Positions 9,441 through 17,901 of a stretch of 42,771 nt of DNA are shown one piece after another. This DNA comes from Candidatus Omnitrophota bacterium (GTDB taxonomy: Bacteria; Omnitrophota; Gorgyraeia; Zapsychrales; Fredricksoniimonadaceae), in NCBI GenBank assembly GCA_015233335.1, contig JADFXX010000014.1, forward strand, positions 1-42,771, written 5' to 3'. Position 1 is the stretch's first letter, and each line of letters starts with the position of its first letter. The position numbers were made by a program, and so were the translations under genes. Below the pieces are notes generated by a model. The model searched no databases and was not told where the DNA came from. It saw only the letters and a program-made list of their open reading frames with translations.

Positions 9441-9965
9441 TTAGGAGACTAACTCACTTCTTAACACATGGATCAACTGTTGTTTATCCTCATCATCAAG
9501 ATTCGCGAATGCTGAATCAAACTTCTGCAGTCTTTCTTTTTTCTCAAGATAAAAAGCAATATTGGAAATCACTCTGCCTCCGTCTTCTAATATGGCCCGT
9601 AACCTCGCAGCATTCTCAATACCCACCTCAGAACCCTTAATTTGATTGATCTGCGCAATGATCTTGTTTAGTTCTAAAACTGAAACTTTATAATCATCGT
9701 CCCTCTTTGTATAATAATCCGCATCCCCTACGATCCAAAGTCTTATGGATTTAAGGTCTTCCTGGCTTATTGCGGTCCCCGACTCTAGATCTTTGATGGC
9801 TTTCTTGATATCCTCACTGGATAGATCTTTAATTGTCTTTTTCAACTGAACTTCCCAAGAGCTAAAAATATCCGCTAATGCATCATAGGATTCTTCAGTG
9901 CTGTTCTTTTTTGCATCATTAAATGATTGATTGATCTGATCCCCGATACTTTTAAAATCGACCAT
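9441..9965 (-). CDS. Hypothetical all-alpha protein, first gene of the pyr operon
   Basis: 174-aa ORF with strong AAAGGAGGA Shine-Dalgarno; no motif recognised. Confidence 0.8.
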   Translation of the reverse strand: MVDFKSIGDQINQSFNDAKKNSTEESYDALADIFSSWEVQLKKTIKDLSSEDIKKAIKDLESGTAISQEDLKSIRLWIVGDADYYTKRDDDYKVSVLELNKIIAQINQIKGSEVGIENAARLRAILEDGGRVISNIAFYLEKKERLQKFDSAFANLDDEDKQQLIHVLRSELVS

Positions 9966-9977
9966 TGGTCCTCCTTT

Positions 9978-10020
9978 AAAAATAAAACCCGCCAGCTTTC
10001 CTAAGAAAGAAGACGGGTTG
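9978..10020 (-). terminator. Intrinsic terminator of the pyr attenuator
   Basis: Minus strand AACCCGTC-TT-CTTTC-TTAG-GAAAG-CT-GGCGGGTT followed by TTATTTTT. Confidence 0.75.
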
Positions 10021-10056
10021 AAAAAATCTTAATAATCGCCGAACACATATAAAAAA

Positions 10057-10090
10057 CCCTTCCCAGCCTCACAGAACCGGATTAAAGGTT
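10057..10090 (-). promoter_or_regulatory. PyrR-binding RNA stem-loop
   Basis: Minus strand CCTTTAATCCGGTTCTGTGAGGCTGGGAAGG matches the Bacillus-type PyrR site (CUUUAA...RUCCNGNGAGGCU..GAAGG); lies upstream of a terminator and pyrR. Confidence 0.85.
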
Positions 10091-10109
10091 AGCTTCTCAA
10101 ATTTGTTAA

Positions 10110-10138
10110 ACTATACCACCCTTTCAAACCCCTGTCAA
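10110..10138 (-). promoter_or_regulatory. sigma70 promoter of the pyr operon
   Basis: TTGACA-17 nt-TATAGT with extended -10 TG; the -35 box lies in the last codons of the upstream CDS. Confidence 0.75.
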
Positions 10139-12748
10139 GGAAGCCTCTTCCTTGGCTGGACCGATACCCAATAGCGGTAGGGGGTTTTGGATGGGGGTGA
10201 CATTGATGATGACCGGACTAAAACCCTGAAAACCGCCCTGCATCAGCTTATTAAGTTGGGCGGGGTCGAATTGAACATTAATGATCTTACCATTACGTTT
10301 GATGCTGATCTGATTTAAGTCGATACCGCCATTTACAACTGATTGTTTAGTTTTTGAGACGGCTTTTGGTGTGTTCATCATGGCATTGTCTATCGCGCCG
10401 GAGGCTATTAGTTTTCTAACAATAACATCATTCCCCTCATTGCGAGCTATCGACAATGGTGTCCCGCCGATATTATCTTTCGCGTTAACATTAGCCCCGT
10501 TATTAAGTAACAGTTCGACGATGTCCAGATGCCCACCCAAAGATGCATACATCAAAGCTGTCCACTCATCTCTATCTCTCGCGTCAACTTTTGCCCCTCT
10601 CTTAAGTAGCAGGTCCACAACTTCTTTATGGCCGGCCCCGGCTGCCATCATCAAAACTGTTCCTTCGTCATCGCCCATTCTTGCGTCAGGGCTAACTCCC
10701 CTTACAAGCAACCGCTCCGCGACTTTCCAATTACCCTTCTGAGCTGCCATAAACAAAGCTGTAACGGCATACTGGCTTTTCGTATCAATATCAGCCCCAT
10801 TCTCAAGTAGTAGCATTATGTTGTCTGCCCATCCCATGATGAACGCAGCGCCCCTCAAAACTGTCTCACCGGCTCTAGTTTTCGCATTAACATCAGCCCC
10901 TTTGTTAATCAATTGCCTCATGACATTGATATAATTATTCTTAGCTGCCATAAATAACGCCGTCTCACCCAGGTTGGTCTCTGCCTTGGCATCCGCTCCA
11001 TTTGCAAGCAGTAACTCCACAACATCATCCCGGCCCGCTAAAGCCGCTCCCATTAGAGCTGTCCAGCCATCTTTCGTTTTCGCGTTAACTGCGGCCTTTT
11101 TCCTAATCAATAGCTCTACGATGTCCTTACGTCCCGCCATAGCCGCAAACATTAAAGCCGTCACATCCTCAACCTTCATGTCAATATCGATCCTTTGAGC
11201 AAGCATCTTATTTATTCCCTCTATATCCCCATTCCAAGCCGCAGCCGCCCATGCTTTTTGTAAATTGCTCTCCATCGAATTATCTTTTTTAGATAACATT
11301 TGATTAAGCATGGCAGAGTCTTTACCTTTTCCATCAATCGTATTGAGCATGGAATGGTCTCTTGGCCTAGCAGGCGGGGGATTATATATTCTTGGCGGAG
11401 TTGGGACTGGTGGCGTAAACGTTGGGTTTTGTTTTTGAGGCACATATGGTTGACGTTGCGGTGTATAAGACTGCGGCGGAGTCACCGGCTTAATGGGAGT
11501 ATTTTCATTAGGCTGGGTATTTATTTCTGTACAGCTTACAGTAAAAAGCAAAAAGACGCTGGTTGCGGCTGTAAGGATTTTTGACAGCATGGACGGATCT
11601 TTGGTGCGCTTTAAATTGATTTGCATTGGGATGCCGCCGGAAAAATATTTGCGCGGGATAGTTGTTCCTGTCGAGATTACTTCGTCGGCTGCGCCTCCTC
11701 GCAATGACGCGCCAATGGGTTCATCTTTAATGTAATTGAACACGCCCTTTTTGTAGGCTTTAAGATAACGCTGATAAATTTGTTCTTTAATTGCAGGGTC
11801 GTCCAGATTGACTCCTGCGACTTTTTTCTTATTGGTGTAGACGGCATCCAAAAGGCCGTTTTGGATGGTTTCTTTGTACCATTTGGCGAGTATCAGGGCT
11901 TGGTAGATTTGGCGCAGCGGGGAGAAATTCCTTCCGGTGTTTACCTCTTTTTCGATTTCGGGAAGAATGATTTCTCTTACGATTTGAGAAGCTAGAGCAT
12001 GCGCTTTGTCATCCTGAGCGTTAGCGAAGGATCTTGAGGCACCTTTAGATTCTTCGGTCGTGCTTTGCACTCCCTCAAAATGACGGTTTAGTGCCGTGTA
12101 ATCTTCGTCCAGCATTACTTTTAATGTGGATTGGGTCACATATGCGGTATTGCCGTTTTCATAAACCTGGGCTTGGTCAGGAAGAATCCATACTTTATTA
12201 AAAGTATTTACGGGGACATCTGTTGTGCCGAACTGCTCTTGAACTTTTGCGTAGACCCTGCTCCAGAATTCTTTGCCTAAATCTTTCTCCGGATAAATAA
12301 GGGAAGCCGTCAACTGCTTTAAGATATAATCTTGGGCTAACAGGTCCCGGCCCAGGTCTGTTTGGCCTAAAGCTTCGGGGACTATGCGCTCTTTTTCATA
12401 AGGGGATAAATTGACCCATAAATCGCCTTCAGGAATGGTTAGGCCTGCCAGGAAATATTTGACCAGTTGGTTGGCTTGTTGTTTTAGTTGTTCTTGTTGG
12501 GATTGCTTCGCTTCTCTCGCAATGACACTGGAATCGCTGCCCGTATCAACAATAAACTGAAACTCTAGGGGTTTTTGGGGGTTAACTATCAGGCCTTTTA
12601 AGGCTAACGGTGTAAATGGTGCGGATTCCCCTACCATGGTTCCCGGCACAGGAAGCTGATTAATGCCAAAGTCCTGAGCATGGACGTATTGTAGGTTACT
12701 AATAATGAAGGAAAAACAGACTAGGGAAGCAATTAGGCGTTTGAGCAT
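10124..12748 (-). CDS. Secreted modular protein: signal peptide, conserved N-domain, Pro-rich and ankyrin-repeat cargo, GGIDL C-domain
   Basis: Signal peptide ..VHA|Q; N- and C-terminal regions homologous to 25476..29015; about 9 ankyrin repeats (G-x-TALMxAA...GA-VNAK). Confidence 0.9.
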   Translation of the reverse strand: MLKRLIASLVCFSFIISNLQYVHAQDFGINQLPVPGTMVGESAPFTPLALKGLIVNPQKPLEFQFIVDTGSDSSVIAREAKQSQQEQLKQQANQLVKYFLAGLTIPEGDLWVNLSPYEKERIVPEALGQTDLGRDLLAQDYILKQLTASLIYPEKDLGKEFWSRVYAKVQEQFGTTDVPVNTFNKVWILPDQAQVYENGNTAYVTQSTLKVMLDEDYTALNRHFEGVQSTTEESKGASRSFANAQDDKAHALASQIVREIILPEIEKEVNTGRNFSPLRQIYQALILAKWYKETIQNGLLDAVYTNKKKVAGVNLDDPAIKEQIYQRYLKAYKKGVFNYIKDEPIGASLRGGAADEVISTGTTIPRKYFSGGIPMQINLKRTKDPSMLSKILTAATSVFLLFTVSCTEINTQPNENTPIKPVTPPQSYTPQRQPYVPQKQNPTFTPPVPTPPRIYNPPPARPRDHSMLNTIDGKGKDSAMLNQMLSKKDNSMESNLQKAWAAAAWNGDIEGINKMLAQRIDIDMKVEDVTALMFAAMAGRKDIVELLIRKKAAVNAKTKDGWTALMGAALAGRDDVVELLLANGADAKAETNLGETALFMAAKNNYINVMRQLINKGADVNAKTRAGETVLRGAAFIMGWADNIMLLLENGADIDTKSQYAVTALFMAAQKGNWKVAERLLVRGVSPDARMGDDEGTVLMMAAGAGHKEVVDLLLKRGAKVDARDRDEWTALMYASLGGHLDIVELLLNNGANVNAKDNIGGTPLSIARNEGNDVIVRKLIASGAIDNAMMNTPKAVSKTKQSVVNGGIDLNQISIKRNGKIINVQFDPAQLNKLMQGGFQGFSPVIINVTPIQNPLPLLGIGPAKEEASLTGV
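10395..11270 (-). repeat. Ankyrin repeat array (about 9 x 33 aa)
   Basis: Recurring TALM/TALF/TPL-AA...G..D.V.LL..GADVNAK units. Confidence 0.88.
11673..11708. repeat. REP/RPE-like palindromic element, in frame within the CDS
   Basis: Minus strand GTCATTGCGAGGAGGCGCAGCCGACGAAGTAATCTC; encodes SLRGGAADEVIS, absent from the paralog. Confidence 0.75.
12008..12084. repeat. Inverted pair of REP/RPE-like elements, in frame within the CDS
   Basis: GTCATCCTGAGCGTTAGCGAAGGATCT ... AGATTCTTCGGTCGTGCTTTGCACTCCCTCAAAATGAC forms a long hairpin; same family as the intergenic copy at 12949. Confidence 0.8.
12499..12526. repeat. REP/RPE-like palindromic element, in frame within the CDS
   Basis: Minus strand GTCATTGCGAGAGAAGCGAAGCAATCCC; encodes VIAREAKQS, absent from the paralog. 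Confidence 0.7.
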
Positions 12749-12820
12749 TAATTTCCTTGAGTTGAATAAAAGACTAACAGAATATACAATGACGGGATTA
12801 AGAAAACGCTTCCTTAAGAA

Positions 12821-12848
12821 AGGATACCATATTTTCTGGAGTTGTCAA
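12821..12848 (-). promoter_or_regulatory. Putative sigma70 promoter of the 874-aa modular gene
   Basis: TTGACA-16 nt-TATCCT with TG extension. Confidence 0.5.
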
Positions 12849-12948
12849 ATTAGGCGGACCAAAAGAATATCTCGTAAAATGCTTAAAATAATGAAGTTAC
12901 AGCCTTACTAAAAAAATTATAATCTCCCGGTAAAATTAAATCGCATTA

Positions 12949-12976
12949 AGATCCTTCGGCTACGCCTCAGGATGAC
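12949..12976. repeat. Intergenic REP-like palindromic element
   Basis: AGATCCTTCGGCTACGCCTCAGGATGAC, nearly the reverse complement of 12008..12034; followed by a partial AGGATGACA copy. Confidence 0.75.
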
Positions 12977-13015
12977 ACCATAGCGTCTCTAAGGATGACA
13001 TCATATTGTTTATAA

Positions 13016-13684
13016 TTACATCTGGGTGCTATTGCCTAATAGAACAAACTCACCCTTTGGGGGGTGTTGGCTGAAATGCTCGATCAATAGGCTGGCTTTA
13101 TCTTTACGGACTTCTTCAAATTTCTTAGTGAGCTCGCGGGCGACTACGATCGTGGGGTCGTCCAAGACTTCCTGCATGTCTTTTAGCGTTTTAAGCAGGC
13201 GGTGCGGGGATTCGTAGAAAATGAACGTCCCCTTTTCCTGTTTTAAAACAGCTAATTTATTGCGTCTTGCCCCGCTTTTGGGCGGCAGAAATCCCTCAAA
13301 TACGAAACGGTGCGCAGGCAAGCCGGAAGCTGTCAAAGCGCTGATACAAGCACTCACACCGGGAATCACGGTCATCGGAATGCTGTTTTCTTGGGCTAAA
13401 CGGATCAGATGATAGCCGGGATCGCTGATACCGGGGGTGCCTGCATCGGAAACCAAGGCAATATTCTTCCCCTCTTTTAAAAGGTTGATGAGATGATCTG
13501 CTTTTTTAATCTGATTGTGCTCGAAAAAGGAGGTCAGAGGTTTTTTGATCTGATAAGCGTCGAGAAGTATCTGGGTGTGCCGGGTATCTTCGGCTGCGAT
13601 CAAGTCAACGGACTTAAGCGTTTCTATAGCTCTTAGGGTTATGTCTTTAAGGTTGCCTATGGGGGTTGAGATGATGTACAGCAC
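13016..13684 (-). CDS. rsmI: 16S rRNA (cytidine1402-2'-O)-methyltransferase
   Basis: TPIGNLKDITLRA, AEDTR, SDAGTPGISDPG, FYESPHR, RELTKKFEE. Confidence 0.96.
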   Translation of the reverse strand: MLYIISTPIGNLKDITLRAIETLKSVDLIAAEDTRHTQILLDAYQIKKPLTSFFEHNQIKKADHLINLLKEGKNIALVSDAGTPGISDPGYHLIRLAQENSIPMTVIPGVSACISALTASGLPAHRFVFEGFLPPKSGARRNKLAVLKQEKGTFIFYESPHRLLKTLKDMQEVLDDPTIVVARELTKKFEEVRKDKASLLIEHFSQHPPKGEFVLLGNSTQM

Positions 13685-15513
13685 TATTCGACTGTTACGG
13701 ATTTAGCTAAATTGCGGGGTTGGTCTACGTCACAGCCGCGCTTGACCGCGATGAAATAGGCTAAAAGCTGTAAAGGCAGGATCACCGTCAGCGGTGAGAG
13801 AAGCTCGTGGGTTAACGGCACTCCCATCACAGAATCCGCGTTGAGGTGGATTTCCTTGTCGCCGCTGGTTGCGACTGCGATCACATTGCCCTTGCGCGCT
13901 CTGATCTCTTGGATGTTGGAGGCCATTTTTTCATAGACATGGGATTGGGGATTAATGCACACTACTGCCCGGTATTCGTCGATCAATGCGATCGGCCCAT
14001 GCTTCATCTCGCCTGCGGCATAACCTTCCGCAGGGATATAGGAGATTTCCTTTAGCTTTAACGCCCCTTCCAGCGCCGAAGGATAGTTGACATGACGACC
14101 CAAAAAGAGAAAACAGCCGAAATGAGAATTAGATTCCGCTACTTTTTGGATATGATGCGTGTTCTTTAGAATTTCTTTATATATCGATGGAATATGAACG
14201 AGCTGGCGTATCAATTCTTTAGCCTTCTGGGGCGGCAATGTTTTGTGTATTTTCGCCAGCTTCAAAGCGATGAGATAGAACATCATAAGCTGTGCACTAT
14301 ACGCCTTGGTTGATGCCACCCCGATCTCAGGGCCGGCATACGTATATAAAATACCGTCGGCTTCACGGGCCAGGGAAGATCCTACCACGTTGCAAATCGT
14401 AATGACACGGGCCCCTTTAGCACGGGCCTCACGGGCCGCGGCTAGAGTATCTGCCGTCTCACCAGACTGGCTGACAGCGATCACCAAGGTATGTTTGTCG
14501 ATCAAAGGATCACGATAACGGTATTCACTGGAAGTGTCCACCTCAACGGGCAGACGGACTAATGTTTCGATGATATATTTACCGACCATCCCGGCGTGAT
14601 ACGCCGTGCCGCAAGCCACCACCAAAATTTTGCGCACATTCTTTAAAGTCTCCTCAGAAAGCCCCAATCCCTCTAAATTCAAACGCCCGCCCTTCAGGCG
14701 TAAATTGATCATTTGGGCCAGAACGGATGGCTGCTCATGGATCTCCTTGAGCATAAAATGCGCAAAACCTTCCTTGCGGGCGGCAGTAACATTAAAAGAG
14801 ACTGTGTCTATTTTCGTGGCAACTTTTTTCCCGTCAAAAGTAAAAAGCTCTTGTTTTTCTTTAGTTAAAACAGCCATCTGCCCGTCTTTAAGATAGATCA
14901 CACGCCGTGTAAAATCCAAAATAGCCGGCACATCGGAGGCAATAAAGTTTTCTTTATCCCCTACCCCTATAATGAGAGGTGAACCAACACGGGCCGCTAC
15001 CAGAACGTCCGGATGCTCACGACAGATAACTCCAAGAGCAAACGCACCTTTAAGCTGGCGCAAGGCCCCGCGCACAGCCTCTGCCAGATCCCCTTTATAT
15101 AAAGAAGCGATCAAATGCGGAATTACTTCCGAATCAGTTTCAGAAACAAACCTGCATCCTTTTTTCTTCAAAGCTTCTCTTAGGGCCTGATAATTTTCAA
15201 TGATGCCGTTGTGAACAACTGCGATATGGTGCTTATTATCTGTATGCGGATGTGAATTGATGTCTGACGGAAACCCATGAGTGGCCCAGCGGGTGTGAGA
15301 AATCCCCGTATGGGCATAGGGCACCGGCTGGGTGCGGATGAGCTCTTCTAAATTACGGATCTTGCCTTTAGATTTACGGACAACGAGATGGGCATTATGG
15401 TCTAAAAAACCCACACCGCTGGAATCATACCCTCGATATTCGAGCTTTTTAAGGCTCTCGATCAAGATGGGCAGGGCGTCTCTGCTTCCGACGTAACCGA
15501 CAATTCCGCACAT
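13684..15513 (-). CDS. glmS: Glutamine--fructose-6-phosphate aminotransferase
   Basis: MCGIVG, EYRGYDS, HTRWATHG, SQSGETADT, C-terminal PRNLAKSVTVE. Confidence 0.98.
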   Translation of the reverse strand: MCGIVGYVGSRDALPILIESLKKLEYRGYDSSGVGFLDHNAHLVVRKSKGKIRNLEELIRTQPVPYAHTGISHTRWATHGFPSDINSHPHTDNKHHIAVVHNGIIENYQALREALKKKGCRFVSETDSEVIPHLIASLYKGDLAEAVRGALRQLKGAFALGVICREHPDVLVAARVGSPLIIGVGDKENFIASDVPAILDFTRRVIYLKDGQMAVLTKEKQELFTFDGKKVATKIDTVSFNVTAARKEGFAHFMLKEIHEQPSVLAQMINLRLKGGRLNLEGLGLSEETLKNVRKILVVACGTAYHAGMVGKYIIETLVRLPVEVDTSSEYRYRDPLIDKHTLVIAVSQSGETADTLAAAREARAKGARVITICNVVGSSLAREADGILYTYAGPEIGVASTKAYSAQLMMFYLIALKLAKIHKTLPPQKAKELIRQLVHIPSIYKEILKNTHHIQKVAESNSHFGCFLFLGRHVNYPSALEGALKLKEISYIPAEGYAAGEMKHGPIALIDEYRAVVCINPQSHVYEKMASNIQEIRARKGNVIAVATSGDKEIHLNADSVMGVPLTHELLSPLTVILPLQLLAYFIAVKRGCDVDQPRNLAKSVTVE

Positions 15514-15548
15514 AGTAAATATGGCCCGGTAAGGTTATGCAGCTTGGT

Positions 15549-15794
15549 TTACGCTGGTTTAATGTTGATGAGCGTGATTACTTTATTATAACCGTTTTTA
15601 CGGCGGGTAAAATAAACTTCGCCATCGCACGCGGCCGTCAAAGAACTGCGGCCGATGACATTAAGACCGCGCTTCCACTGCTCTCCCTGACGGGTCAAAA
15701 TAGTGCCGGATTTGACCTTCTGGCCACCGGAAACCTTGATGCCTGCGGTTTCACAATAATATTTGCTGGTAATTCCACCTACACGACCGCCCAT
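15549..15794 (-). CDS. rpmA: 50S ribosomal protein L27, divergent N-terminus
   Basis: GIKVSGGQKVKSGTILTRQ..G.NV....L.A..DGEVYF core of bL27; GAGGAGG Shine-Dalgarno. Confidence 0.8.
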   Translation of the reverse strand: MGGRVGGITSKYYCETAGIKVSGGQKVKSGTILTRQGEQWKRGLNVIGRSSLTAACDGEVYFTRRKNGYNKVITLINIKPA

Positions 15795-15885
15795 AGCTAA
15801 AACCTCCTCTATTGAAACCCCTTATACGAAGGGGACAATATACACTAAAACCATTTTTTTGCAAAGAAAAATTATGCCCTATCCC

Positions 15886-16743
15886 CTATTTTCCCCCGGC
15901 TAGGATCTTGTCAATTTCCGCTTTATAACTATTGATATCACGCGCCATGGTTTTGTGGCCGTTAAGATAAAATGTCGGCGTACCGCGCACATCCACCTTG
16001 GAACCTAACTGCATATCATCCTGGATCTGTTTTTCCCACTGAGCATCTTTATTTTTATAATCAGCTATCAGTTTATTGTAATCCAAGCCTAATGTCTTCG
16101 CATATTCTTTAATTTTGGCATCAGAAACATCACCGCCGTTGGCCAGTAAATTTTCCATCATCCCCTGAAACTTGCCTTGCTCATTGGCCGCCAACGCTAA
16201 TTTGGCTGCCGGACGGGCATTAGGGTGAAACGGTAGAGGAAAATTCTTAACGATCACTTGCACACGGCCGGGATAAGCCGCTAAAACATCCTTGACCACC
16301 GGATAAAATCGGGAACAGAACGGACATTGAAAATCGGAAAATTCAACGATGGTGATCGGTGCATCCTTCTTGCCGATAATGGGAGAGCTGCCGATAGTAA
16401 TATCATAAACCTTATTAAAATCTTCGGAGGGAGGCGCGGGAGGCTGTGCTTGGCGCTGACCCTGATTTGCGAGGGCGCTCGTCATCTTCTCATCCAGCTT
16501 TGTCAACTGACTTTGCACGTCAGCTAGACGCTTATCAATGGCACTCGAATTATTACCATTGTTTAACAAGGCCAACTTATCTTCAATATATTTTTGCCGA
16601 ATGGCAATTTCAGTAACTTTGGCATTCAAAGGACTGATGGCAACGCCTACGGTATTACCAATACCCATTAAAAGGCCTATCCCCAACAAAACACCGATGA
16701 CAATAACCAATAAAACAACAACCGCGTTATTTTTGTTTTCCAT
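15886..16743 (-). CDS. Membrane-anchored DsbA/thioredoxin_4-family disulfide oxidoreductase
   Basis: N-terminal TM helix, coiled coil, EFSDFQCPFC, FPLPFH, GTPTF; start at MENKNN. Confidence 0.92.
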   Translation of the reverse strand: MENKNNAVVVLLVIVIGVLLGIGLLMGIGNTVGVAISPLNAKVTEIAIRQKYIEDKLALLNNGNNSSAIDKRLADVQSQLTKLDEKMTSALANQGQRQAQPPAPPSEDFNKVYDITIGSSPIIGKKDAPITIVEFSDFQCPFCSRFYPVVKDVLAAYPGRVQVIVKNFPLPFHPNARPAAKLALAANEQGKFQGMMENLLANGGDVSDAKIKEYAKTLGLDYNKLIADYKNKDAQWEKQIQDDMQLGSKVDVRGTPTFYLNGHKTMARDINSYKAEIDKILAGGK

Positions 16744-16821
16744 AAATACCCCCTTAATTAGTACGCACATCCTACATCAAATTAAAAAACCAAACAATAA
16801 ATTTTTATGCCAAAATCGGAA

Positions 16822-17652
16822 TTACAAATCGATATGCCCGTAATGTTCAATAATATACTTCATATCTGTCCAACGCTTACGGCAGCCGAAAACCGCCACC
16901 ACCAGAATATCATTGCCTTTGGATATATACCCCACAAAACATGACTGTGCTTCGTTAGTATAGCCGGTCTTGCCAAAGACATGTTTTTTCCAATTGAGAA
17001 AAAGAGATTTGTTGTGGGATTTTAAAAAACAGCGGTGTCTTTCTCTGGAATAGATAACATAGTATTTTAAGGTGATCGCCTGCCGGAAGAAATCATTCTT
17101 AAGCGCTTGAGTAAAGATCAAGGCCATGTCAGCAGCGGTGGTGTATTGAGCACCGCTGGAGGGAAGGCCGTGAGGATTGGCAAAATGGCTGTGTGCCGCC
17201 CCCATCTGCCGGGCACGGACATTCATCATATCAACAAACTTCTCCTCTGATCCCGCGACGGCTTCTGCCAAAGCCACGGCAGCGTCATTGGCCGACTTTA
17301 GAATAAGCCCATAAAGCAGGTCCCGCACGCGGTAATTTTCACCGGCCCTAAGCCCCAGTTTGGTCTGCGGAACTTGAGTAGCGCGTAGGCTGATTGTCAC
17401 ATATTGGTCCAAGGAAAGCCTCTCTAATACCAATATCGCCGTCAAAACCTTGGTTGTGCTGGCCGGAAAAACTTCGCGGTCAGCCCCCAAGTCGAAATAA
17501 CGATAATTACGGGCAGGGTCCCAGAGAAGCGCTGTGGTCGCTGTCACGTGATAAGGTCTGTACCTAAGATTATAAAAAGCCCTTCCTGAATCAGGAAAAG
17601 CCAAAACAGCGATCAGACCGGCTATAAGAGAGACGCGAAAGAATTTTAACAT
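16822..17652 (-). CDS. D-alanyl-D-alanine carboxypeptidase (peptidase S11)
   Basis: Signal peptide; PASTTK (SxxK), SAND (SxN), NPHGL, KTG. Confidence 0.93.
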   Translation of the reverse strand: MLKFFRVSLIAGLIAVLAFPDSGRAFYNLRYRPYHVTATTALLWDPARNYRYFDLGADREVFPASTTKVLTAILVLERLSLDQYVTISLRATQVPQTKLGLRAGENYRVRDLLYGLILKSANDAAVALAEAVAGSEEKFVDMMNVRARQMGAAHSHFANPHGLPSSGAQYTTAADMALIFTQALKNDFFRQAITLKYYVIYSRERHRCFLKSHNKSLFLNWKKHVFGKTGYTNEAQSCFVGYISKGNDILVVAVFGCRKRWTDMKYIIEHYGHIDL

Positions 17653-17728
17653 AGTCTGCAATATACTTTAGGAATTAACAGGAAACAATATTTAATTTAA
17701 AAATCAAAACCATATGGATACACTCTGC

Positions 17729-17901
17729 ATGGCTAAGCAGCTATTATGTATTCGGCACATTTAGGAATTCTTTGCCAAAAGTCTGCGAGGCTTTACGGCA
17801 AGAATGTTCCAAATGAAGAGAATCTTTAGAACATTGTTGCCGTAAACCGAAGCAGACGGCAAAAATATTCCGTGCCGAATACATAATAGCTGCTTAGCCA
17901 T
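17729..17901. mobile_element. 173-bp MITE-like long palindrome
   Basis: Perfect 30-bp terminal inverted repeat ATGGCTAAGCAGCTATTATGTATTCGGCAC (17729-17758 / 17872-17901) plus nested inner inverted segments; no ORF. Confidence 0.7.

Noticed and set aside
11673-12976. Possible CRISPR array from the repeated palindromes
   Set aside because: Copies are divergent, irregularly spaced and mostly intragenic; no cas genes.
15514-15548. glmS ribozyme upstream of glmS
   Set aside because: Only 35 nt separate rpmA and glmS, far too short for the ribozyme.
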